From: an uncultured Actinomycetota bacterium
GTDB taxonomy: Bacteria > Actinomycetota > Actinomycetes > JACCUZ01
Reading direction: 5' to 3'
Length of the DNA: 64,000 bases
Assembly (NCBI GenBank): GCA_963794995.1
Contig: CAWCFV010000002.1
Span: 747,849-811,848, forward strand
Shown here: positions 48,675 to 57,492 of the stretch, piece by piece
Numbering within the stretch: the stretch's first letter is position 1
Layout: the number at the start of each line of letters is the position of its first letter
The notes under the pieces: generated by a model
Database searches by the model: none
What the model was told of the DNA's origin: nothing
Seen by the model: only the letters and a program-made list of their open reading frames with translations
Program-made: the position numbers and the translations under genes

Positions 48675-50018
48675 TCAGCCGCGGTCGAGGCGGCGCACCA
48701 GCGCGAGGGCCGACACGGGACGGGCACCGGAGCGCCGCACGCCGTCGGCGACCTCCCGGTCGCTGGAGACGACGCACAGCGGCCGGCCCTGCGGCTCGGC
48801 GCGCACCAGGCGACGGATGAGCTCGTCGGCGGTCTCGCCCGCCTTGCTGAACAGCACCCGGACCCCCCGTGCGCTCGCCGCCGGCACCCGCCCCTCGAGC
48901 GCCGCACCGTCGAAGCAGCAGGTGACCTCGGCCCCCGAGCGCGCGGCGAGGTTCGACAGGCCCCGGAGCAGCCGGTCCCGCTGCTTGTCCAGCGGCAGCT
49001 CGGGGAACCCGGTCTTGGTGACGTTGTAGCCGTCGACGAGCAGGTGCGCCTGCGGCAGTGACAGCAGCTGGTCGAGCAGTGCCGGGTCGTCCGGACCCAG
49101 TGCCCGCTCGGACGTCGCGGCCGCGGCGTCGCCGGGCGCGGCGGCGTCGACGAGGTCGGCAGGACGGGTCTGCACCGGTGGCAGGGCGAGCTCCCGCCGC
49201 AGCGCGGACGCCGCGTCGACCACCGTGTCGAGCAGCAGCCGCACGCGGGTGTCCTCGAGCGAGCGTCCCTCGCGGACCGCGCGACGCGAGGCCTCGAGCC
49301 CGGACTCGACCTCCGACACCCGGGTCCGTGCCACGGCCACCTCCGCGGCCGCCTCGGCGGCCGCCTCGGCGGCCGCGACCCGCGCCGCCTCGACCTGTGC
49401 CGCGGCGTCCGCCGACAGCCGCTCGGCCCGCCGGCGGGCTCCCTTCTCCTCCCGCAGCGCACGGGCCACGGTGGCCGCCTCGGCGGCGGCGGCCTCGACC
49501 TGTGCGGCCATCGCCGCGAGCTGATCGCGGTGCCGGGCCCGCTCCTCGGCCAGCAGCCGCTCGAGCCGCGCGGCGTGCGCGCCCGCCCGGGCGGTGTCCT
49601 CGTCCGCACGGTCCCGGTCGGCCGCCTGACCCGCGGCGGCGACCAGCCCGGCCCAGCCGGGGGCCCGGGCGAGGTAGGCCAGCGCGGCCACGTCGGACGG
49701 GTCGGCTGCCGGCGGGGGCGTCCCCGCGTCCAGCGCCTCGGCGAGGTCCGGCATCGCCGTCCGTGCGGCGGCGGCGACCCGCTGCCGGAAGGCCACGTCG
49801 CGCTCCACGGCCACCGCCAGCGGGGTGGCCGCGCGGGTCCGCCGGTGCTGCGGCGCCCACCCGCGGAACCGTCGCAGCGCCGGCGCCACCTCGTCCTCGG
49901 CGAGCGCGCCGAGGGTGTCGGCGGCGAGGGCGACGACCCGGCTGCGCACGGCCTCGGGCAGCGGCCCGTCCCAGCCGGGCTCCGCCGGCTGGGCCGCGCT
50001 CTCGGCGGGGGCGCTCAT
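48675..50018 (-). CDS. NYN (PIN-like) domain protein with long Ala/Glu/Arg-rich N-terminal region
   Basis: C-terminal ...HLLVDGYNV...LSNLAARSGAEVTCCFDG...VRVLFSKAGETADELI...LCVVSSDREV, the NYN/YacP-like nuclease fold pattern. Confidence 0.55.
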   Translation of the reverse strand: MSAPAESAAQPAEPGWDGPLPEAVRSRVVALAADTLGALAEDEVAPALRRFRGWAPQHRRTRAATPLAVAVERDVAFRQRVAAAARTAMPDLAEALDAGTPPPAADPSDVAALAYLARAPGWAGLVAAAGQAADRDRADEDTARAGAHAARLERLLAEERARHRDQLAAMAAQVEAAAAEAATVARALREEKGARRRAERLSADAAAQVEAARVAAAEAAAEAAAEVAVARTRVSEVESGLEASRRAVREGRSLEDTRVRLLLDTVVDAASALRRELALPPVQTRPADLVDAAAPGDAAAATSERALGPDDPALLDQLLSLPQAHLLVDGYNVTKTGFPELPLDKQRDRLLRGLSNLAARSGAEVTCCFDGAALEGRVPAASARGVRVLFSKAGETADELIRRLVRAEPQGRPLCVVSSDREVADGVRRSGARPVSALALVRRLDRG

Positions 50019-50022
50019 CGCC

Positions 50023-50292
50023 TCAGGTCCTCCCCGGCGGGTCCCCGAGGGGCGCGCCGTCGGAGGGGCGCGCCACCAGCTCGACCGTGCCCACCCCGTC
50101 ACACCACCGGCACCGGACGCTCTCGACGACCTCCTCGACGACCTCGCGCTCCTCGACGGCGGGCTCCCCCGCGAGGTCGACGTGCACGAACTCGCGGGTC
50201 AGGGCACGCCGGGTGACGTCGAAGCGGGTGAGGTTGCCGCAGCCCGTGCAGCGCCAGCGTGTGGTGCTGGTGGGCAGTGGCGTCGCGGTCAC
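50023..50292 (-). CDS. Small zinc-ribbon protein (CTGC...CRWC)
   Basis: WRCTGCGNLTRFDV ... VRCRWCDGVG. Immediately upstream of, and tightly packed with, the NYN gene. Confidence 0.5.
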   Translation of the reverse strand: MTATPLPTSTTRWRCTGCGNLTRFDVTRRALTREFVHVDLAGEPAVEEREVVEEVVESVRCRWCDGVGTVELVARPSDGAPLGDPPGRT

Positions 50293-50667
50293 CTCCCGAG
50301 CGTACGGCGCGCCCGGCGGCCTGACCCGCGCGTTCCGGTGACGCGCGGGACGAAGCGGGGCAGACGCCGCGGCCCGCGCGGCGCGGGCAATCCGGCGGGC
50401 CGACCGCGTCGAACGGGGACTCGGGCCCGGTCACCCAGTCCTCGCCCGCGGCCCAGACCGGCGAGACGCTGGTCACCGGGGGCGACGGGCGCGGCCCGTC
50501 CGGGGGCCTGCCGGCGCCGCCCTGGCCCGCCGCAGCACCCTGCGCCCGGCAGCCGCCTGACCGCCCCGGAGGGCCGGCACCGGCTGCCCGCCGGTGCCGG
50601 CCTTCCTCGGCGACGGTGCAGAAGTTTGCCCGTCGACCAATCCAGAACGGGGTCACCTGCCGAAGGA

Positions 50668-50708
50668 CCCTCAGTGCCCGTCCCTGTGACACCCGTCACG
50701 ACTGAGGG
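50668..50708. promoter_or_regulatory. Nested palindrome in the long 5' leader of the DUF4331 gene (candidate operator/regulatory hairpin)
   Basis: CCCTCAGT (50668-75) ... GTGAC-ACCC-GTCAC ... ACTGAGGG (50701-08), read directly. ~28 bp upstream of the ATG. A GAGGGAGG RBS follows. The 444-bp intergenic region is otherwise non-coding. Confidence 0.3.
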
Positions 50709-50736
50709 TGGGCCGTACCCCTCGAGGGAGGAATCC

Positions 50737-52101
50737 ATGTCTCAGTCGAGACGAACGCGCACGACTCGGGCGACTGCCCTGCTCGGCGTGGGAGCGATGG
50801 TCGTCGGTGGCGGTCTGGCGGCCCTTGCGCCGACCAGCTCCACCGCGTCCAGCCACCGTGAGGCCCCGGCCATCGCCGGCCAGCCCGCGTACGACAACAC
50901 CGATGTCTATGCCTTCGCCCAGGCGAACGGGATGGTCAACATCATCGCCAACTGGTCCCCGTTCTCGGAGCCGGCCGGCGGTCCCAACTTCTACCCGTGG
51001 GCGACCGACGCGCGGTACAAGGTCAACATCGACAACGACTACGACGCGAAGCCTGACCTGGTCTACACCTGGAAGTTCCGCACGACCCGGACTCCCAAGG
51101 CGTCGGACAGCTTCACGGGCAACGGCACCTTCCTGTACAACAACGGCCCGGTCACGTCCCTCAAGGACAAGAACCTGCTGTTCCGTCAGCGGTACACCCT
51201 GACCCGCACCGTGGTCCGCAAGGGCCCGGACAAGGTCCGCACGCTCATCAAGAGCGGCAAGGTGGCGCCGTCGCACACCGGCAGCGCCGGCATGCCGAAC
51301 TACGCGGCGCTGCGCGACGCGGCAGTCACCGGGTTCCAGGGGGCCGGTCGCAAGTCGTTCGCCGGTCAGGCCGACGACCCCTTCTTCCTGGACCTCCGGG
51401 TGTTCGACGTGCTCTACGGCGGCGACTGCATGACCGAGGCCGGCAAGGACAGCCTCAACGGCTTCAACGTCAACAGCCTCGCGCTGCAGGTGCCTCGTCG
51501 GGACCTGATCAAGAACGGCCGCGCCGTCGTGGGCATCTGGAGCACGACCGACCGGAAGAACGCCAAGGGGAACTACAAGCAGATCTCCCGCCTGGGCCAG
51601 CCCCTGGTGAACGAGGTCGTCATCCCCTACCAGGTCAAGGACACGTTCAACTCGCTCAAGCCCCGCCAGGACGCCGCGGCCCTGCCGTTCGTCCAGAACT
51701 CGGAGCTCGCTGCGACGATCAACGCGGTCTGCGGCACCGACATCAAGGTGAAGAACCGCGCCGACCTGGTGCAGGTCTTCCTCAAGGGTGTCACCGGCAT
51801 CAACAACCCGCGGGGCAAGGAGCGGGCGGCTGAGTACATCCGCCTGAACACCGCCTGGCAGGCCGGCCAGCCGAACAGCCGTCTCGGTGTCATCGGCGGC
51901 GACAACAACGGCTTCCCGAACGGCCGCCGCCTGGCGGACGACGTCCTCGACGCCGCCCTCCAGGTCGTCGGCGGGGAGCTGATCGGCAGCCCGAACGACC
52001 TCGGTGACGGGGTCGACAAGAACGACGTGGCGTTCAGCGACACGTTCCCGTTCCTGGGACTGCCGCACACCGGGTCGACCACGAAGTCGGTCAACAAGTA
52101 G
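50737..52101 (+). CDS. Secreted DUF4331 family protein
   Basis: Signal peptide (ALLGVGAMVVGGGLAALAPTSSTASSHREAP). The overall pattern (DNTDVYAF..., NIDNDYDAKPD...) matches DUF4331 proteins. Confidence 0.65.
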   Translation: MSQSRRTRTTRATALLGVGAMVVGGGLAALAPTSSTASSHREAPAIAGQPAYDNTDVYAFAQANGMVNIIANWSPFSEPAGGPNFYPWATDARYKVNIDNDYDAKPDLVYTWKFRTTRTPKASDSFTGNGTFLYNNGPVTSLKDKNLLFRQRYTLTRTVVRKGPDKVRTLIKSGKVAPSHTGSAGMPNYAALRDAAVTGFQGAGRKSFAGQADDPFFLDLRVFDVLYGGDCMTEAGKDSLNGFNVNSLALQVPRRDLIKNGRAVVGIWSTTDRKNAKGNYKQISRLGQPLVNEVVIPYQVKDTFNSLKPRQDAAALPFVQNSELAATINAVCGTDIKVKNRADLVQVFLKGVTGINNPRGKERAAEYIRLNTAWQAGQPNSRLGVIGGDNNGFPNGRRLADDVLDAALQVVGGELIGSPNDLGDGVDKNDVAFSDTFPFLGLPHTGSTTKSVNK

Positions 52102-52153
52102 CCGGAGCGTTCGACGGGCGGTCACCGCCCATCCCGAACGGCACCATCCCCGT

Positions 52154-52182
52154 CCCGACCGCGTCCTTGTGACGCGGTCGGG
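52154..52182. terminator. Perfect 12-bp stem / 5-nt loop hairpin after DUF4331 gene
   Basis: CCCGACCGCGTC-cttgt-GACGCGGTCGGG, read directly. Preceded by a smaller GGGCGG-tca-CCGCCC hairpin. Confidence 0.5.
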
Positions 52183-52217
52183 GCGGGGCCTCCGCTCCTA
52201 GCAGGAAGGCACCTCGC

Positions 52218-53546
52218 ATGCGACCGCTGCTCCGGCCCGTGCTCCTGGTTGCCGGCTCCACGGCGCTGGCAGTCCTGTTCACCCTCGCGGCCACCGGCCT
52301 CCTCGGAGGGACCGGCCCCGCCGGCCCGGCGCCCGCGACGACCGAGGGTCGCACCTCGAGGGGTCTCGACCCCGCCGCCCTGCGGGACGGGCGGGACCCG
52401 ATCCGCACCCTGCAGGACCGGCTGCGCACCACGCCCAAGGACCACCGATCCTGGTCCAACCTGGCACTCGCCTACGTCGAGCAGGCGCGCGTCACGGCCG
52501 ATCCCAGCTTCTACGCCAAGGCCGACGAGGCCCTGGCCCGGGCCGGCGCCCTCGCGCCCGGCGACTCGGTGCTGCTCACCGCCCAGGCCGCCCTGGACAC
52601 CGCCCGGCACGACTTCCCGGCCGCGCTCGCCGCCGCCCGAGAGGCGCTGGCCCGCAACCCGTACAGCGCCGCCGCGCAGGCCCTGCGCTCCGACGCCCTC
52701 ACCGAGCTGGGCCGCTACGGCCCCGCCCTCGCGGCCGCGCAGCGGGCCGACGACCTCGACCCCGGACCGTCGACGTTCGCCCGGCTCAGCTACCAGGCCG
52801 AGCTCCGCGGCGACCTCGCCGAGGCCACCAGGCTGATGCGCCTGTCCCAGGAGGCCGCGAGCACGAACGCCGCGGCGTACGCCTTCGCGACCTACCACCT
52901 CGGCGAGCTGGCGCGGACCTCCGGCCGGTCCGGCCGGGCGGCCCACCACTACCGCAACGCCCTGGACGCCGACCCCACCTACCTCCAGGCGCGCGCCGGG
53001 CTGGCGCGCCTCGCCGTGGCGCGGGGGGACCTCGAGGCCGCGGAGCGTGACTACCTGCGCGTCGTGCAGCGGCTGCCGCTCACGGAGTACGTCGTCGAGC
53101 TCGGCGAGCTCTACCAGGCGACCGGCCGCGAGACGCTGGCCGACCAGCAGTACGCGGTCGCCGCGGCCAGCGGCCGCCTGCTCGCCGCCAACGGGGTGGC
53201 CACCGACCTCGAGACCGCGCTCTTCGAGGCCGACCACGGGTCCCCGGTGGCGGCACTCGCCGCGGCGCGGGCGGAGTGGGACCGCCGGCAGTCGGTGCAC
53301 ACCGCCGACGCGCTCGGCTGGGCGCTGCACGCCAGGGGCGACGACCGGGCGGCCCTGCGCTACGTCCGCGAGGCGAACCGGCTCGGCACCCGGGACCCTC
53401 GGCTGGTGTTCCACCTCGGCGCGGTCGAGGCCGGTCTGGGCCTGCCGTCGGCGGCGACCACGCTGCGCACCGCCCGCGCCCTGGACGCCGGCGCCAGCCT
53501 CTACCGCGAGGCACAGATCGACGCACTGCTCGGCGGCCTGCGATGA
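52218..53546 (+). CDS. Tetratricopeptide-repeat protein with N-terminal TM/signal anchor
   Basis: N-terminal hydrophobic segment. Repeated A/L-rich TPR-like units (WSNLALAYVEQ..., AAAQALRSDALTELGRYGPALAAAQRADDL..., YLQARAGLARLAVARGDLEAAERDY...). Confidence 0.65.
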   Translation: MRPLLRPVLLVAGSTALAVLFTLAATGLLGGTGPAGPAPATTEGRTSRGLDPAALRDGRDPIRTLQDRLRTTPKDHRSWSNLALAYVEQARVTADPSFYAKADEALARAGALAPGDSVLLTAQAALDTARHDFPAALAAAREALARNPYSAAAQALRSDALTELGRYGPALAAAQRADDLDPGPSTFARLSYQAELRGDLAEATRLMRLSQEAASTNAAAYAFATYHLGELARTSGRSGRAAHHYRNALDADPTYLQARAGLARLAVARGDLEAAERDYLRVVQRLPLTEYVVELGELYQATGRETLADQQYAVAAASGRLLAANGVATDLETALFEADHGSPVAALAAARAEWDRRQSVHTADALGWALHARGDDRAALRYVREANRLGTRDPRLVFHLGAVEAGLGLPSAATTLRTARALDAGASLYREAQIDALLGGLR

Positions 53547-55267
53547 GCCGACGGCTGGTGCTGCGTCTCGGCGCGGTCGCCGCGGCGGCGATGGCGCTCG
53601 TCGTCGTCAACCCGGTGGCGGCCAGCGCCCACCCGCTCGGCAACTTCACCGTCAACCGCTACAGCGGGGTCGTCGTCGGTACCGACGCCGTGACCGTCGA
53701 CCACGTGCTCGACATCGCCGAGATCCCCACGGCGCAGCGGGTCCCGGCCATCGACACCTCCGGCGACGGCCGGCTCTCGCGGACCGAGCTGGCCACGTGG
53801 GGGGCCGCCGGCTGCGCCGTCGCGGCGGGCGACCTGCGACTCACCGTCGACGGGTCACCGGCCGTGCTGGCCGTGACCGCCGCGGACGCCCGCGTCCGCC
53901 CGGGCCAGGCCGGCCTGCCCACCCTGCGCGTCGAGTGCGACCTGCGCGCGCCCCTCTCGCTGACCGGCACCACCGCCCTGAGCCTGGTGGACGACGCGGC
54001 CGACGAGGAGATCGGCTGGCGCGAGGTGACCGCGCGCGGCGACGGCACCACCCTGGCCGGCTCCGACGTGCCGGTCGGCTCCCGCAGCGCGCGCCTCACG
54101 TCCTACCCGCAGGACCTGCTCGCGAGCCCGCTCGACGTCCGCTCGGTGAGCCTCACCGCGACGCCCGGCGGGCCGCGGCTCACCGCCGCCGCGGACGACT
54201 CCGCGACGGCCTTCTCGCGCGGGGGCGACCGGCTGACCCGCGCCTTCGAGGGGCTGCTCGAGCGGACGCGGGGGAACCCGTGGCTCGGCCTGGTGGCCGT
54301 GCTGGGCGCGGTGCTGCTCGGAGCCGCGCACGCGGTCGCGCCGGGACACGGCAAGACGATCATGGCGTTCTACCTGTCCGGCCGGCGCGACGGCGCCCTG
54401 CGCGCTGCCGCCACGGTGGGGGCGACGGTCACCGCCACGCACACCGCCGGCGTCCTGGCCCTCGGCCTGCTCGTCAGCGCCGGCACGGCGTTCGTGCCCG
54501 CCCGGGTCTACCCGTGGCTCAGCGTGACCAGCGGCGCGCTCGTGGTCCTGGTCGGCCTCGCGCTGCTGCGGCAGGCGGCCCGACGGTCCCGCACCCACGA
54601 CGACGGCTCGCACTCCCACGGGCTGCTCGGCCGGGCCCACACGCACGGTCCGGCAGCCGCCGACGTCAGCGCCGTCAGCGCCGTCAGCGCCGTCAGCGCC
54701 GTCAGCGACGTGGGCGACCTCGTGTCTGCCGGGCCCCGGAGGACCGTCGGGGCCACCGCGCTGGCGCCCGCCCCGGCCACGGCACCGGTCCGTCGCCACC
54801 ACGACGGCGACCACCAGCACGACCACGACCACGACCACCAGCACCAGCACCAGCACGATGCCGGGACGGAGACCACCCACCCGCACCCCCACCCGCACCC
54901 GCACCGGACGCCCGAGGCGGGCAGCGGGCCGAGCCGCGGCGGTCTGGTCGCTATCGGGCTGGCCGGTGGCATCCTGCCCAGCCCGTCCGCGCTGCTGCTG
55001 TTCCTCGGCGCCGTCGGGCTGCACCAGGCGTGGTTCGGGGTGGCCCTGGTCGTCGCGTTCGGCGTGGGCATGGCGGTGACGCTGGCCGGTGCGGGTCTGG
55101 CGGTGATGTACCTGCGGGACCGGGTGGAACGGCGCGTCGGCGCGTCGGGCCGTCGCCACGCCCAGACCCTGCTCGGGGTCTCCTCCACGCTCATCGCGGC
55201 CGCGGTGGTCGTGCTCGGGCTCGTCGTGGCGCTGGGCGGGCTGCGGGCGACCGGGCTGCTGGGCTGA
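53543..55267 (+). CDS. NicO/RcnA-like nickel/cobalt permease with N-terminal extracytoplasmic domain and His-rich loop
   Basis: The start overlaps the TPR stop (ATGA). Signal peptide plus ~260-aa extracytoplasmic domain. TM core with HAVAPGHGKT motif. His-rich loop HHDGDHQHDHDHDHQHQHQHD...HPHPHPHPHR. Confidence 0.6.
   Translation: MSRRLVLRLGAVAAAAMALVVVNPVAASAHPLGNFTVNRYSGVVVGTDAVTVDHVLDIAEIPTAQRVPAIDTSGDGRLSRTELATWGAAGCAVAAGDLRLTVDGSPAVLAVTAADARVRPGQAGLPTLRVECDLRAPLSLTGTTALSLVDDAADEEIGWREVTARGDGTTLAGSDVPVGSRSARLTSYPQDLLASPLDVRSVSLTATPGGPRLTAAADDSATAFSRGGDRLTRAFEGLLERTRGNPWLGLVAVLGAVLLGAAHAVAPGHGKTIMAFYLSGRRDGALRAAATVGATVTATHTAGVLALGLLVSAGTAFVPARVYPWLSVTSGALVVLVGLALLRQAARRSRTHDDGSHSHGLLGRAHTHGPAAADVSAVSAVSAVSAVSDVGDLVSAGPRRTVGATALAPAPATAPVRRHHDGDHQHDHDHDHQHQHQHDAGTETTHPHPHPHPHRTPEAGSGPSRGGLVAIGLAGGILPSPSALLLFLGAVGLHQAWFGVALVVAFGVGMAVTLAGAGLAVMYLRDRVERRVGASGRRHAQTLLGVSSTLIAAAVVVLGLVVALGGLRATGLLG
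54665..54709. repeat. Tandem 9-bp repeat (GTCAGCGCC)x4 + 1 imperfect copy inside the permease gene, encoding (VSA)n
   Basis: gtcagcgccgtcagcgccgtcagcgccgtcagcgccgtcagcgac, read directly. In-frame (9 bp). Confidence 0.8.
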
Positions 55268-55340
55268 CCGGGATCACGGGCGGCACCCCGGTCGGTGCGC
55301 CTGCGGGGTTGTGTCCACGGTCCTGCCTACCGTCAGGTCC

Positions 55341-57122
55341 ATGCCCTCGCCTCCGGTCGCCGTCCAGGCGACCTTCGACGAGCTGGGCACCCCGCTGCAC
55401 GCGGTGACCTTCGTCGTGGTCGACCTCGAGACCACCGGCGGGTCGCCGCACAGCTGCGAGATCACCGAGATCGGCGCGGTCAAGGTCCGCGGTGGCGAGC
55501 TCCTGGGCGAGTTCCAGACCCTCGTCAACCCCGGCGTCCCCATCCCGCCGTTCATCTCGGTGCTCACCGGCATCAGCGACTCCATGGTCTCCACGGCTCC
55601 GCGGCTGGGCACCGTGCTGCCGGCCTTCCTCGAGTTCACCGGAGCCGACTCGGTGCTCGTGGCCCACAACGCGCCGTTCGACGTCGGCTTCCTCAAGGCG
55701 GCCTGCGCCGTCACCGGCCACGAGTGGCCCGGCCCGCGGGTGCTCGACACCGCTCGGCTGGCCCGCCAGGTCGTGACCCGCGACGAGGCACCCAACTGCA
55801 AGCTGTCCAGCCTGGCCCGGCTGTTCCGGGCCGGCACCACCCCCGACCACCGGGCACTGTCCGACGCCCGCGCCACCGTCGACGTCCTGCACGGGATGCT
55901 CGAGCGGCTGGGCAACCTGGGCGTGCGGTCCCTCGACGAGCTCGCGACCTTCTCCTCCCGGGTGTCGCCGCAGCAGCGCGCCAAGCGGCACCTCGCCGAG
56001 CCACTCCCGCACCTGCCCGGCGTCTACCAGTTCGTCGACGACCGCGGCGAGGTCCTCTACGTCGGCAAGAGCAAGGACCTGCGCAGCCGGGTCCGCAGCT
56101 ACTTCACCGCCGGCGAGACGCGGGGCCGGATGGCCGAGATGGTCGGGCTCGCGACCAGGGTCGTGCCGATCGTCTGCGCCACCCCGCTCGAGGCGGAGGT
56201 GCGCGAGCTGCGGCTGATCGCCGCGCACAAGCCCCGCTACAACCGCAGGTCCCGGTTCCCCGAGCGCGCGCTCTGGCTCAAGCTCACCGTCGAGCCCTTC
56301 CCCCGGCTGTCCCGGGTGCGCGAGGTCCGCGACGACGGGGCCACCTACCTCGGGCCGTTCTCCGGCACGCGGCAGGTCGAGCTGGCCACCGCCGCGCTGC
56401 ACGAGGCGTTCCGGCTGCGGCAGTGCAGCGCCCGCCTCTCGCCGCGCCGCCCGACCGCGGCCTGCGCCCTGGCCGAGATGGGCCGCTGCGGGGCGCCGTG
56501 CGACGGCAGCGAGAGCGTCGAGGCCTACGCCGGCCACGTCGACGACGTCCGTGCGGCCATGCTCGGCGACGTCCGTCCCCTGGTCGACGCGCTCGGCCGC
56601 AAGGTCGCGCGGCTCGCCGAGGTCGAGCGCTACGAGGAGGCCGCCGTCCACCGGGACCGGGTCGCCGCGTTCGTGCGGGCCGCCGCGCGGCTGCAGCGCG
56701 TCTCGGCCCTGACAGGGTGCGCGGAGGTCGTGGCCGCCCAGCAACGGCCCGACCTCGGCTGGGAGATCGTCGTGGCGCGGCACGGCCGGCTGGCCGCGAC
56801 CGCCGTGGCCGGTCGGGGCGAGGACCCGCGGCTGGTCGCCGCGGCGCTGGTCTCGACCGCGGAGGTGGTGCCGCCCGGTGCCGGCCCGACGCCGGCCGCC
56901 AGCGCCGAGGAGACCGAGTGCGTGCTGCGCTGGCTCGAGCAGCCCGGCGTCCGGCTGGTCTCGCTCACCGGCACCTGGGCCTGCCCCACCTTCGGTGCGG
57001 GCGGCGTCCGGCTCTGGGCCGACGCGGCCGAGGCGGGCCGCGACCGGCTCGACCCGTTCGGCGGGCGGCGCGACATCTCGCCGGTCCACCGCCCGGGGGC
57101 GGTCAGCCGGATCGCGGGCTGA
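55341..57122 (+). CDS. DnaQ-like 3'-5' exonuclease (DEDDh) fused to GIY-YIG (UvrC/Cho-like) nuclease domain
   Basis: Exo motifs VVVDLETTG ... HNAPFDVGFL ... HRALSDA. Then GIY-YIG (PGVYQFVDDRGEVLYVGKSKDLRSRVRSYF) and a UvrC-like Cys cluster (CALAEMGRCGAPCDG). Confidence 0.8.
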   Translation: MPSPPVAVQATFDELGTPLHAVTFVVVDLETTGGSPHSCEITEIGAVKVRGGELLGEFQTLVNPGVPIPPFISVLTGISDSMVSTAPRLGTVLPAFLEFTGADSVLVAHNAPFDVGFLKAACAVTGHEWPGPRVLDTARLARQVVTRDEAPNCKLSSLARLFRAGTTPDHRALSDARATVDVLHGMLERLGNLGVRSLDELATFSSRVSPQQRAKRHLAEPLPHLPGVYQFVDDRGEVLYVGKSKDLRSRVRSYFTAGETRGRMAEMVGLATRVVPIVCATPLEAEVRELRLIAAHKPRYNRRSRFPERALWLKLTVEPFPRLSRVREVRDDGATYLGPFSGTRQVELATAALHEAFRLRQCSARLSPRRPTAACALAEMGRCGAPCDGSESVEAYAGHVDDVRAAMLGDVRPLVDALGRKVARLAEVERYEEAAVHRDRVAAFVRAAARLQRVSALTGCAEVVAAQQRPDLGWEIVVARHGRLAATAVAGRGEDPRLVAAALVSTAEVVPPGAGPTPAASAEETECVLRWLEQPGVRLVSLTGTWACPTFGAGGVRLWADAAEAGRDRLDPFGGRRDISPVHRPGAVSRIAG

Positions 57123-57193
57123 GCGCGGGCGTCCGCCGCGGTCGCCGGTCCCGCTAGGCTCGCCGCAGTCCGACCGAGCCCCCGGAGGCCACC

Positions 57194-57481
57194 GTGATCA
57201 CCGCGATCGTGCTCGTGCACGTCGAGTCCGACCGCATCCCCGAGGTCGCCGAGACCATCGCGGCGCTCGAGGGCGTCAGCGAGGTCTACTCGGTCACCGG
57301 TGGTGCCGACCTGATCGCGATGGTGCGGGTCCGCGAGCACGAGGCCCTGGCCGACGTCATCGCCGACAGCCTCAGCAAGGTCGACGGGGTGCGCGCGACG
57401 GAGACCCACATCGCGTTCCGCACCTACTCCCAGCACGACCTCGACGCCGCCTTCTCCCTCGGCGCCGAGGGCGCCGACTGA
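57194..57481 (+). CDS. Small Lrp/AsnC-type ligand-binding (RAM) domain protein
   Basis: ITAIVLVHVESDRIPEVAETIAALEGVSEVYSVTGGADLIAMVRVREHEALADVIADSL, the AsnC C-terminal domain pattern. GGAGG RBS before the GTG. Confidence 0.6.
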   Translation: MITAIVLVHVESDRIPEVAETIAALEGVSEVYSVTGGADLIAMVRVREHEALADVIADSLSKVDGVRATETHIAFRTYSQHDLDAAFSLGAEGAD

Positions 57482-57492
57482 GCCGACCGAGC

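Noticed and set aside
50293-50736. Possible small ORF or tRNA in the 444-bp intergenic region
   Set aside because: No tRNA-like cloverleaf (region is ~75% GC with no conserved T-loop GTTC). The only ORFs are short antisense, Arg-rich artifacts. Treated as a regulatory leader instead.
54665-54709. Possible CRISPR-like repeat
   Set aside because: Units are 9 bp with no spacers and lie inside a coding sequence. It is a simple tandem repeat, not a CRISPR array. No cas genes in the window.
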